NCBI GenBank assembly: GCA_002633005.1
Contig: NMRA01000112.1
Location: 214,864 to 278,863, forward strand
DNA length: 64,000 bases
Direction of reading: 5' to 3'
Source: Phoronis australis
Lineage: Eukaryota > Animalia > Phoronida
The notes below the pieces were generated by a model, which was not told where the DNA came from, made no database searches, and worked only from the letters and a program-made list of their open reading frames with translations. The translations under genes and the position numbers were made by a program. Each line of letters opens with the position of its first letter. Positions within the stretch are counted from its first letter, which is position 1. Of this stretch, positions 13,830 to 25,400 are shown in pieces.

Positions 13830-14896
13830 AGTTTTTCCATTGGGTGCTACATTTGCCAAATTCTTTCTTGTTTTGTCAATAATTTTGTCCCTAAGTCTGA
13901 GGGAATATACCTCTGTATCCCCACCTAATAAGCCCATGCTCTGGCTGACTACTGCGTCTTACCAGCTGAAGGTGCCAGGTACGTGGCGGGAGTGACCCTT
14001 CGGGAGAGCTAGGGCTCTAAGACGACCGCCAGGAGCCGCTGTTGTACATTGATACAAAAACTGCGAGTTCCACGTGTGTCTGATCACAGGCACATTTAAT
14101 CACTCCACAACTCATTGTCTCACTTCTCATGGCGTCATAGTGCTAACTAATGCAGCACAGTGAGAATTCGCCTGAGGTTTGTAAGTCATCATGTACTTTC
14201 CACGCTGTAGACGTGTTAGGCCTACCGTTATCAAGTGCGTTACACTCAAGTTCAATACAGTGCCCTGTTGTCTTAGTCTAATGACTGTTTGACGTTGTTA
14301 GGCCTACTTAAAAGCACAAGGTCAAGATGGCGACTTTGTCGCACTTTTCTGCTTAGTTAGGAAAGCTGCGTAATGCTGTCTCTAGATTGAAACAGAAGAA
14401 GTTGTGGTGGTTTAAAGTGGGACCACTAGTGTATATCTGATTTGTTTCTGGTTGTTGGAGTCGTTGATTTGAATTCCACTCGTGGGCAATCCCTTGACCT
14501 TGGAGGCTTGGGACTAGTGCACCGATCGGATATAGCGATTATAGCGCTCCCTTATTTTGAGAACCAGGCAATCACCAAATTAAGGCCCGTTATTCAATGG
14601 ATGAAAGGCTGGTTTTCAAAATCAGGGCAGCTACATCCAACCGGTACCCCCACATATCATCCTATAGGGCCACCATTCGCTGGAAGCTTTTTGACAAATT
14701 ATGCCTCTCACTGTCTAAACCATCAAAATCACGTTGAAACTATAGGTGAGCCACAAAATGTCACGTGTAGTGCATCTATCACATTTGGCTTCTGATGTGA
14801 ACAAGGTCGGGATTTGGCTCTTGCAACTGAGTAGTTCGTTTGAAGAATAAATAAATGTTGTGTAGTAGGCCTATGAGAGGCAGTGGTAAACTTTAG

Positions 14897-15307
14897 ACCT
14901 GGGCCCGGTCTCTAATCTTTGTACTCGAAACGAACTCGAAACTATTTTTGGCAATTTCTCTGCTCGTTTTGTGCTAATTTAAGATAATTGGTTATCAGAC
15001 TGTGCTCGAATACATTATAGTTTATGCATAGGAGTTTCTAGTTCAAGTTTGCCCTTGAAGACCCTTATATTCGTGCTACAAACTCGAGTAAAAACTCGAA
15101 ATTTCGAGTTCAAACTCGAACTTACTGGTTTAATATTGGGTTTACAAACTGTGAACTAAGGGCAATGAATTATGTACGTAAGTTATTGTGTACTCGAGCA
15201 TAGAATAATAGACACTTATCTTGAGTTCGCCCAAAAGTAGAGTAGAAAATGCCAAACCTAATTTCGAGTTCCATTTCGAGTAAAAAGATTGGAGACCGGG
15301 CCCAGGT
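14897..15307. mobile_element. Harbinger-like MITE in the putative 5'UTR intron of the MFS gene
   Basis: Inverted ends acctgggcccggtctc(t/c)aatcttt with CTG/CAG (CWG-type) flanks; the internal ctcgaaa motif is repeated in both orientations. Confidence 0.7.
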
Positions 15308-16009
15308 ATCAATTTGAACAACTTGGCCATTCTTAAATGCAAGTGGAGAAGAGCTGACTAACAAGATGTTGTCAATGGGGACAGGAGATTTTTCTATTGT
15401 TTGAAAGATTGAATGGCGCTAACGAATGGATGGACTAAGCACTTTGATTTATGTTACGTGCATTTTCAACTACATTGACGACATTCATATGGCAGGTCGC
15501 TCCTGATTTGTGGGTATTTTTTCAACTAGAACTATTTTCTCCTCTTTTAAATTGCATGCATAGGAACTCAAATACACGCGTCAGAGAGCGTCGATTTAAC
15601 TTTCACGTTTGCAACTAGCCTCATGGTAACGGGAAATTCTTGGTCTCAAATTTGAGGCAATTTCAGGGCTTCAATAGAAATTTCAGATTGGCACTGCAAA
15701 CAATATGGACCGTTGGGTGGCACACTGAAATCAACAAAAAGATATTAGTTCTGCTCACTTGAATCCGTGAGCGACCAGGGTTAGCGAGTGGAATGTGTGG
15801 GGGATTGGTGGAATTGATGGTGACCAGGGTGGGGTGTGTCTAAAATTCCCGTATCAGAAGGAACGAGAACCTTTACACAAAGGTCATGTGGTTTAATCAA
15901 AATCGTGCTTCTCGGAGGGTAGTCTGATTTATAGTTGGTTTAAATTCATTGTATTGCAGTTGCTGACACTGGAAAACAAGTTTTGTGAAGATTGCCAATA
16001 TTGACAGAG

Positions 16010-17623
16010 ATGGAGGAAGTTGAACCATTGCAAGCCAATGGGAGAACAAGAAGTTCAAGTGAAAGTTTTGGTGTTGCCACGAATCGGATAGAATTGCCGT
16101 GTGCTGAAAAAGAAGCTGACCCTATTTTGACTAAGAGGCATAGTATTGAATATAGAACAGGAGACAAAGACGTTGATAGCGCCGCTGTTGAACCTTTTAT
16201 TCAGAGTCCAGAATCAAACCCGAATTCAAATATAAGTATCGACAGAATCAGAATCCTCAACACCGTCTCATTGTATTGTAGCTATGCTCTGTTTGGCTTC
16301 TGCGTCACGCTGCTGGGTCCAGCTCTCCAGGACTTAAAAGTGCTTTTGGGAACCACAACCAAGGACATCGTGCTCGTCTTCACTTTTCAGAGCGGTGGCT
16401 TTATTCTAGGGTCATTCGGGGTCATGCCTTTGATTGGCCGCATCAACTACAATGTCATTGTGCTTCTCTGTGGTGTTGGTGTGCTCATAAGTGTTGCCGT
16501 CATGCCGTGGATGCCTTCGTTAGCGTCGTTCATCGCAGTTGGAACTCTACAAGGCGTCATGTCCTCTGCCCTTCACACGACTGCCCAGGTCTACTTGGTG
16601 GTTCTTTGGGAGAACAGCTCATACAGTCATTCGCTCATGCAAGGAATGCATGGCGTTTGGTCTATCGCGGCGACTATTGGACCATTTATTCTCTCCCCGT
16701 TTCTCTCCCAGACTTCTGCCGCAACCGAGCTACAAGGAAATATCACGTGCAATAGCACCGACACTGTTATGTTTGCGCAAATCAATGGCTCCAATATAGT
16801 TTCATACAATGGTAGTGCCAGTGGTTCTGAGGACACGACTGAGGAAGGATTTAACTCTATGGTGCAATATGGGTTTCTGACAGTAGTCAGTATCTGTGCT
16901 CTTGCTCCCATGATGAACGGGATAGCATTTTGCTGCGAGAATAAAGGCCTGTGGTTCACCCATGGCAAAGAAAAGCACACCGTCGAGAAATCGATGAAAC
17001 ATTCGCTTAGTACGAGACTGCTTCTCATTGCTGTGTTAGCAGCATACTTTTCCGTTTACGTCAGCGAGGAAGTCGCCACTGGTAATCTTGCAGCGACTTT
17101 TGTTTTGCAGGGACTTAAGTGGGAAAGATGGACAGGGCCCGTGATCACCTCTGTCTACTGGGGCTCCTTTGGGCTCGCACGTGTTGTGGCGATCTTCATC
17201 GCTATGGTTGTTCCTGCGAAACGCATGGTTGCAGTCATGGTCACAGTGATCTGTGCTGCTTTCCTAGCCATGACGGTTGCTGCCGAATCTCATGAGGTGG
17301 TCACGTGGGTTTGTATCGCCCTCATTGGTGCTGGTGAGGGACCTTTCTTTGCATCGGGGATGGTCATGGCGAATAAAATTATATCCCTGGATGGTGTTGC
17401 CTCTGCGTTGTTCACCATTTCGAGCTCGGCTGCAATTATGGTGTCCAATACTGTAGTCGGGTCGTTGTTTGACAAGTACGGACACATGACCATGATCTAT
17501 TATTTTTTTGCTTCGAGCATATTACTTGTTGTTCTGTTTTTTGTCGTAGCTGTCCTAGATTCAAAGTTTTCTCTTAAACATGACGAAAAAAAACATGTCA
17601 ATGAGACGTCTACTGAGTGTTAA
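16010..17623 (+). CDS. Major facilitator superfamily transporter, MFSD4/sodium-dependent glucose transporter 1 (NaGLT1)-like, 537 aa, intronless CDS
   Basis: Single ORF from ATG 16010; the track's 15992 start is TTG. About 12 hydrophobic segments with family-like motifs (LLGPALQDL, MQGMHGVWSIAATIGPFI, VYVSEEVATG, TSVYWGSFGLAR) and a central loop with several N-x-S/T sequons. Splice acceptor (ttgcag) at 15959; possible 5'UTR donor gtaagt at 14181. Confidence 0.9.
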   Translation: MEEVEPLQANGRTRSSSESFGVATNRIELPCAEKEADPILTKRHSIEYRTGDKDVDSAAVEPFIQSPESNPNSNISIDRIRILNTVSLYCSYALFGFCVTLLGPALQDLKVLLGTTTKDIVLVFTFQSGGFILGSFGVMPLIGRINYNVIVLLCGVGVLISVAVMPWMPSLASFIAVGTLQGVMSSALHTTAQVYLVVLWENSSYSHSLMQGMHGVWSIAATIGPFILSPFLSQTSAATELQGNITCNSTDTVMFAQINGSNIVSYNGSASGSEDTTEEGFNSMVQYGFLTVVSICALAPMMNGIAFCCENKGLWFTHGKEKHTVEKSMKHSLSTRLLLIAVLAAYFSVYVSEEVATGNLAATFVLQGLKWERWTGPVITSVYWGSFGLARVVAIFIAMVVPAKRMVAVMVTVICAAFLAMTVAAESHEVVTWVCIALIGAGEGPFFASGMVMANKIISLDGVASALFTISSSAAIMVSNTVVGSLFDKYGHMTMIYYFFASSILLVVLFFVVAVLDSKFSLKHDEKKHVNETSTEC

Positions 17624-20411
17624 GAGGATAACATGGGGCAATAGTGGGGATGCACGAGTCCCTGATTTGTGAACCAGTTGCTCCCCCTGAATGATGCCCG
17701 TTATTCAAAGGCAGTAACTGATCCTCAAATCAATTTTTAAGTTGGGGAGCCACCTATCCGACTACTACCCTGTGGAATATTTTGTGTTTCATTAAGTTGT
17801 GATTGTAATGCAAGGCAATTACTGTGATAAGTTATGTTTGAATTTCATAGAACAGTTGCTAGTTACGGTATTTGTTTTTGTTTTTTGTTTTGCTATGAAG
17901 TCAGATGCCAGATGTTAAAAGATATTGTGACCTGAGACTGATCATTAGTGTGTTAACTACCTGTTAATTCGTCCAGTGTAAAAGTAAGAGTGCTTTGGTG
18001 ACAAATTGTACTTTCTAATTTTGCTATTTTCCTCTAAGTCACTATTTACAAATTTTGATACTTTGAATGCGTTTGGTATACCTATTATTACTTTGATCCT
18101 CATTTGTGTAATGCCCTTAAGCTTCTGGAGAATTCTTCATGAAGTGCAGCGCATTTATTAAAATGTCTCCCAATTCTTCAGGGGTGCTTAGACCGGAAGT
18201 CTAATTATGGTAAAAGTTCTTCAGTTTTGGACAGTGAAAAATTCTCATTATTTTGCTCATGGTCAGAGCTTCTCCCAAATTCTAGAAATAGCCAGAACTG
18301 GTCGTCCCAAATTCAAGAATCACTGGAAAGATAGCAAAATTACCCACCCCAAAACGAAAGCATATTTTCCGAAATTTAAGAAATACCTTGAATGTTGAAA
18401 TTGCCCTTGTCCCAATTTCCAGAAACGAGAAAATTAAATTTTTGTGCAAGTTTCCATGTCCCAAATTCTAGAGATTGGTCAAAATTTGAGAATTTTTACC
18501 TTACCATTTGCAGGAACCAAATCAATTTGAGTGTGTAAACAGGGCCCTCAATCCCTCGGGTTTTGGGCGCCACTCGTCTCTGAAAAATATTTAGAATCAC
18601 ACAAAATTCTCAGGAGGTCTAAAAATTCCCTTCAAGTAATAGAAAAATTCCTCTCGAGATAGAAATCACTTGTAACTGAGATGGGTGACAGTTTGAATGA
18701 GCTCTAGCTGTTAGTTTTGGTCACTTAAGGCAGATCCTCTGAGGGCTTGTGACAGGGTGGAGGGCTGATATTGAAGGTGATCAGGAGGTAGAATTTTCCC
18801 TCAAAAAAAATCACCTCTAAGAAGACACGGTCACCTTTCCCCTCAGGTGACCTGGGACCCAGGTAAAGAGTGCTATCCGTGTTATCACTCACAGTCACTT
18901 CTGTTCCTAATCACAAATGTGGAGGTGATCATACAGTGAACATGTAGTGGTTTATTTTACTCCCTCGTGTATGGATCATTCAGTGGAAGTAAAATGAGAT
19001 TATGGCACCTCGTGTTTTTCAAATTATGTCTCGTTTTATTCAGTTGTCTCCCAAGAACCCTCAACAGATTTTGTGTGTTTTTGAGTGTAGTAAATTCATT
19101 GAAATTGTGAAAATGCTGTTCTTAATCATTCATTGGCCACTGGTCACAACATACATGTATATTACTCGGTGTTCAAGTCTTCTAAAAGGCAATACTACCT
19201 TCAGGAGTTCGGGTTCTTCATAAAGGAGGCTATGCACATGAGGTTGAATCACAGTGAGCACTATTTGAATAGAAACATTGGTTCATTTGAGCTAAAACTG
19301 TTTTGATTTCTGGTCTCTTCCCTAACAATGCCTTTTGATGTGTACGGTGCAGACTGTTCTCCTGTGTTACCTGACGTGAGTGTTGGGAATATGTCTTGAG
19401 AGTGGGATTCATTATAAATAGAAAGGTCGACTAATACAATGTCTATGTTTACAGATGGGCTGATGTTAAAGTTCTTACTCATATTTTGGCTGAAAACGAA
19501 TGTGATCAAAAGTGTATTTGTCAACAGGTATTCAAAACCAAATTTACCTTAGCATTGTGCCTCATGGTATTCAGCTGTGTCAAAAGATGTTGGGTGTTTT
19601 TGAATGTAGTAAATTTATTTAAATTGTAAAAGTGTTTTTGTTTTCTAACAGGTGTTCAAAACCAAATTACCAAGTATTATGTCTCATTATATTCGGTTGT
19701 ATTTCAAGGACTGTCAAAGGATGTTGGATGTTTTTGACTGTGGTAACTTTATATAAATTGTGTTTTTGTGATTCAATATTACAAGTTGTGTGCCTCTTGC
19801 GTGCAATTATGTGAACATTCTAATGCAGGCTTGCTGAACAACATGGCTGACACACAAACAAAGCTCTGCACTTATTAATACGGTTCATGGGTCCCACAAA
19901 GTCAACTCATTACCCAGCAGGATGCTGGACTCGCGAAACATGGCTTGTACACCCAAAAACGCAGCTTCCGAGCCCCAACTCACTAACATTGCTCGCAGGT
20001 CGCCCAACAGTGTTGTCGGGGATAAAGCCCACCCTGCATGTTTGCAGGGGAGGATCAAGGATTTTGAGTGTGGTGGGGCAGGGCTGAGTATTTGCCAGGA
20101 TTTTGCCCGTCAGACATTAATACCCTCGTACTGCCACATGGATAACTGGGAGAATTTTAGGGGGTCATGGTTCCCTTGGGCCCCATCTAAATGCGCCACT
20201 GATTTTTGAGTCCGAACACGTGAAAGCTGTGAAATGCGAGCCCGGCACCATTTTTGGCGTTTGGTAAACTGAAAATACTCCTAGGTCTGACATCAATCGG
20301 CCTAATGAGGATATGGAGGAGTTATGCAGACCTATAGAGAAGAATGGAGACTTGGTGCGTGGATGTTAAGCTGATGTGTAGTCTAGACTAATGTACTTTC
20401 TGTATTTATGT

Positions 20412-21002
20412 CCCCGGGGATCACTTATGTTGGCGAGGTGTCCACAGACGTGTACCAAAAGTTGCTGAGAAACCCCCCTTTTGCTAGTGCCAGTTCTGTT
20501 AATCCCCACCCCCCTTTTGCGGGGTAGAATTTTCTCCCTCACTCCCTTTTGCGGGGTAGTTTTTTCTGCTCCACCTCTACATGTGCCGTGACCGTTATTT
20601 TCAAAGCAGACTTAGTATTGGAGGGGCTCAGATTTCGACCTCCTAATACACTAAAAAGAACGCACTGGAAAATCAGAATTTCATTCAATTCGACCGCTTA
20701 TGAGTGGTGTCCCGGCAGTTGTTCGATTCTTGCGGCTTATTTTCGGAATTTTATGTTCATTGTATTTACTTGCCTGAATATTTTAACGAAAATCAATGGT
20801 GATGCTTATTACGGGTAGGAAGACTGCCAGTGCGCCTTTTGCAGGGCTAAGGCTAATGCAGTGGGCCTTTTGCATTGACGAAATGAAAATTAGGGGCCTA
20901 TTTGACCTCGCGCCGGATCCCGAAAATCTTGCTGAAAAAGTACCGCCTACTCGCAATTTTTGTTACACGCCTCCGGGCACCTTGTCAATATGAGTGACCT
21001 CC
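20412..21002. mobile_element. Non-autonomous DNA element with about 28-bp imperfect TIRs, superfamily unassigned
   Basis: ggggatcacttatgttggcgaggtgtcc matches the reverse complement of gggcaccttgtcaatatgagtgacctcc. Confidence 0.55.
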
Positions 21003-21173
21003 AGAATTTATGTTTTTTAATCAAGAATTATGCGACAATTTGAATTTTTGTTTACGCATGCTTTGATTTTCTAGAAAATGATGTTAAAATATATTCAGGA
21101 TTCGGATGCCATATATTTCCACTTGTGCCGCGTTGGACCTAGAAACGCGTCATAGTACTTCCAGGTTAGACTA

Positions 21174-21416
21174 GGGGCTCGTTCCAAGCAAACTGTCTTA
21201 GCTAAGGCAAATCCTAAATTTTAAGATTAAACTTAAAAATTTGTTTCAGATCCGTTTCAGGAAGAGAACTTATTAAGTTTGACTTAGTTTATGACTTAAG
21301 TTTTGTCTTAATTTTGACTAACTTGCCTGATGTGGAAGTTTCAAAGTTTGGAAGTTCATACAAATCTTAGACTTAAGTCAAAAATGAACTTCAGCCAGTT
21401 TCTTGGAACGGACTCC
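21174..21416. mobile_element. Short MITE (Harbinger-like)
   Basis: TIR ggggctcgttccaagcaaactg / cagtttcttggaacggactcc; internal gacttaag repeats. Confidence 0.55.
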
Positions 21417-21556
21417 TGTTTTAGATGTAGGTCACACCAGTGAGCTTTATCTCATTGGGTCACGCGTCAGTTGCTCTCAGGTAATGTTATGGACTACAGC
21501 GATACCTTTGGGGTGAAATTGGGTTGCAGGCAAACGTTCCGTACTTGGTTTCCGTA

Positions 21557-22142
21557 CCGTGTAACTCCGCAATTTCATTATTTGGCGCATGTGCCCATAT
21601 GCGGAACACTGTTTATTTGCAAGTTTTTACTCAGATGTCCCGCATATAGGCGCATGCGCTTAATTTTCGTAATTAGGCGCAGCTAATGCTCCGGTTAAGG
21701 GCGCACACTAAATGCATCTCGGACACAACGTGTGGCCTTAGTGACACTCTAGGTGAGTAGGCCTACTGGAGCAATCAAATTCTAAAAATAAAGTTTTAAA
21801 ACTCATTACAAACTATATTTTCAATGACTTAGGAATAAAATAACACTTGTTCAACTACCGTGGCGACTAGTCCCGGCAACTCTACCGTGTCTTAGTACTT
21901 GCTTTCTGTGTCCGAAGACAAAGTGATCGACGTGGATTCGGAGTCCGAACAAGCAATACAGGCTCGTCGGCAGTATGTCAGAAAGTATTTGCACTATAAT
22001 CCACTTGTAAACTAAGAGAATTTTTAAATCATTGAAGGTGCGCCTATATCCGGAGCACCATAGGCGCTTGTGCCCTAAGTCCCGCAATGACGAGTCACGG
22101 TTCCTCAATTAGACAAATGCGTCTAATTGCGTGGCTATACGG
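21557..22142. mobile_element. Non-autonomous Tc1/mariner-pogo-like element
   Basis: TA|CCGTGTAACTCCGCAATT...AATTGCGTGGCTATACGG|TA; subterminal taggcgca repeats. Confidence 0.6.
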
Positions 22143-22880
22143 TATAAGTGTATAATAATAAATTGATAAAAATCACACCAGTACAGAGAAATGAAGGAAA
22201 AGCATAAAAAATAAAAGTACAAGAAAGTGCAAGTCACGGATAACATAAAAAGTCACAGACTTATTTCCTTTGCGGTCCGTAAAAATCAGAAACAAAATAA
22301 AAACCGAGGAAAGGCGAAAGATCAGCAGCAAACTATGCTTTTAGACTAGAAAAGGTTTAGTTGACGTTTGCATAACACAAAAAATATGAAGACATAATTT
22401 TGTAATGCCACTGTTGTTATCAAGTTTATAAAAGCCTATTCTCGTGTTCTCCACAGCAGAGAATTCAAACTGGACTAGGAATTTGCAAAATTCACACAGT
22501 TCGGAAATCCATGTCCATATTGGAGGAGTTCCTGTCTTAAAATCAATGCATTAAACTAGCAGGTACCAAATGTCCAAAATATTTCAAATGCATTGCGTTA
22601 CTGGCTTACCAGAAAGGTACACGAACTCAACTCGAACGATTCGGCTGGTCCTGAGACGAGACCCATGTAATGCTGTTCAAGCACCATGCATAAATTTTAA
22701 GGATGGTCTAATGACAACTAAATGACTGCACCACTTCACCAGTTCTAAAAAAACAGATCGGAACCAGCTATGCTTTTGAATCTTTTTTGTGTCACAGTTT
22801 TTGCCAGTAGCCATGTTTTTCTCGTATACTTTCAAAATTCATTGCTATATATACTTTCCCCCAAACTAATTGTATCGAAT

Positions 22881-23190
22881 AGGGCCGCTCCGGATTACAC
22901 GGCGATAGAACTCTCCTTTGTCTAAGAGATAAGAAAGCCTGTTACTTAGTTTTGTATAATATCAGGTACATTTTCGTGTCTCTCATTGATGTCGGGAAGG
23001 CGGAGAATTTCAGTTCACGCGCGGGTATTTGTCCAGTTTATCCAATTTTTTCTCGTTCGAGTTGCAGCCCACAACACAGCAGTAATACTTCATTGGCATT
23101 GGAAGGACGAATAGACCAATTTTGTAAAGAACCTGACAACAACAAATAACATGCAAAACTCTAGTGCCACCATAGATAGTCTATGGCCCT
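22881..23190 (-). mobile_element. Short non-autonomous THAP-remnant DNA element (ISL2EU/Harbinger-like)
   Basis: AT|AGGGCC...GGCCCT|AT ends. The minus strand reads MPMKYYCCVVGCNSN, then ELKFSAFPTS in another frame (THAP N-terminus). Homologous to 57860-58090. Confidence 0.6.
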
Positions 23191-23433
23191 ATTGCCGGTA
23201 ACGACGAAAATGAACTAAATTTCGCAAAACAATTTGAATTGCATGTTAATTAAATTTGTCCTATTGATGACGTTTCACAACAAAACCAAGGAAACTTAGT
23301 CTGAATAAATCGTTCATGTTTCTATTTTATATATTACTTATTCATTGTCCCTTGCGTTCTAATTTGGATCTCCTGTGTATATTGAAAGTCAACCAGTTGT
23401 AAGTGGCTTCGTGACCATTATTTATCCTGGGGC

Positions 23434-23532
23434 TATAAAATAAGTCAAGCATGTAAGGACACGCGTTCACCTTGGCAGTTGTCACAGGACTTCAAATCTT
23501 TGTAGAAGCGCAGAAAGTCAAGTCAGGTGAGT
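23434..23532 (+). promoter_or_regulatory. TATA-box promoter and non-coding first exon, probably of the secreted peptide gene
   Basis: TATAAAA at 23434-23440, then about 60 nt of putative exon ending in a consensus donor CAG|GTGAGT at 23527. No ATG lies in the putative exon. Confidence 0.55.
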
Positions 23533-25400
23533 ACCATCTGTATGACAAGTGATCTACAACATGCTCGCAAGATGAAAGTTAGTGTCACGCTATGTCTAAA
23601 ATAAGCAGACATTTAAAAGGATTTACTAACAGACGTTAATTTAAGTGATTTCCAAATTTAGAATTGATAAACACAGGAATGACTTAAATTTGTAAATGGA
23701 CCACGATTTTTATTTCCTGTATATAAATGGTTCTCGTCAACTCGTGAATTTTTTCAACAGCGGGCAGCCTTTTTCGTGAAATGGGGGAAATCGCAAGGTA
23801 GTGACAAACTTCTCTTAGATTCATTTTTGCTGGACGCAGTGCAGTCCCCAGCTCAATACTGTTGTACTATGCCTTGTAAAATCTGACACTTGTTTTTTTC
23901 ACACTTAAGGTGCCCACATACAGGGTAACCGATTTTCCTCACCTACGAACCGTTACCATTAATTACCACACTCCTTTTTAGCAAATACAACTCTTTTGTT
24001 ACAAACAGTATTTCCCTTCTAAAGCAATACTTTTATGAACATTTTTCATTCCTGCTACCGTTGTGTTCTCCAAGTCTGTTGCTTTGTCATATTTTTGTTG
24101 TTGTTTTTTTTTTTGTTCTTTTCTTGTTTTTTTCTTTGTTCGCACGTTACAGGTCACATTTCTTATCCGGTCAGCGTAGAATTATCATATGACGTGTCTC
24201 GTGAAATCTGGAGCAAGAGGTTGCTGTCGGTGGATATTTTCCACAATTATGGTTTGCAGACCTGTAGCTCCGTTATCTCTGAAGGGATTTTTACGACTTT
24301 TTATGTATAGAGCGTTTTACGGGCTATCGGAAATATGCCATTTCTTTTTCTCTAGGACATATCGTTACTGAGTTACTCGAGAGTTTCCGATAACTGCACT
24401 CCAATTATTTATCTTTTGCCGTATCTTCGGCTTCCCTTGACGGACGTGTTTGAAATTTGGTATGTGGATAGTTATTCGAGGTTTTTTGATTCGATGATTG
24501 CTGTTATTGACTGAGTCCTTAATGGACTTTTTATGTCTTATTATTTACTGTACGTTGGTCGATGTAACAAGCGATGGGGTCGTAGTTGTTCATGTTCTTG
24601 GTTTCGCCATCGACCGCACCTTTAAATTCTATTATTCGATTTCACCAAAGTATCTCTCTTCAGATCTTCAGAGTGCTTTCATTAAACTTCTTTTTGCTGT
24701 TAGGTCTTCCTATGTATTTCATTTCAAAAGACAACGACCTGTAGCATTTCGCTCATGCACTGGACTCAGTCGCTTAATTCACAAGGGTAGGTCAATAATT
24801 AAGATGCTGGTGCCCGGTTTGTAAAGCAATTAAACTATAAAAAGAATTTGAAATAACACAGTTCACTCAGCGTATATAAAAAAAACATTATGTGAGACAC
24901 TGCGTTTTGGCAATGTGGCTGCTCGTAGTAAAGGCACCCTAAGTTGTGGACGGACGAGCTCACCCCCTGAGCGGAATGCTGTTATAGATATATTGAATAC
25001 TTTTACCCTCAAAATTGCTCCGAGGTCTGCTCGACCAAAATGCAAAATTTGACAGTTATTATATGGGCTCGATTACTTCGTTCCTTGTCACCTACTCCGT
25101 GTCAACTTTTGTAGTGAAAACGGAACTTAACCAGAGCAACTGATCGAGTACAACTCGCTCTTCCTTCCACACCGGCGTCAAAAATGGCCGCCACGGTGTC
25201 ACACACTTGCACCCGATCAGAAGTTCCGTGATTTTTTTTTTTTAATTGTTTATTGTGTTAATTCTTCCGTGACAGCTGTCTCTCGTGTAAATGCAACTTA
25301 TGTCACTTGCAGGGCTTTGATTTTTTGTCAGATGCGATTAATTATCTGATCCCAGCAAAGTGCTTTTATACTCCAACCAGCACTCTTGAGTTTTACAGGT

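Noticed and set aside
16507-17493. Overlapping alternative-frame and antisense ORFs in the MFS gene
   Set aside because: They are shadows of the real CDS with no independent motifs.
19030-19770. Three degenerate copies of a tgtttttga.tgt.gtaa motif block
   Set aside because: Old local duplication with no coding or structural signal.
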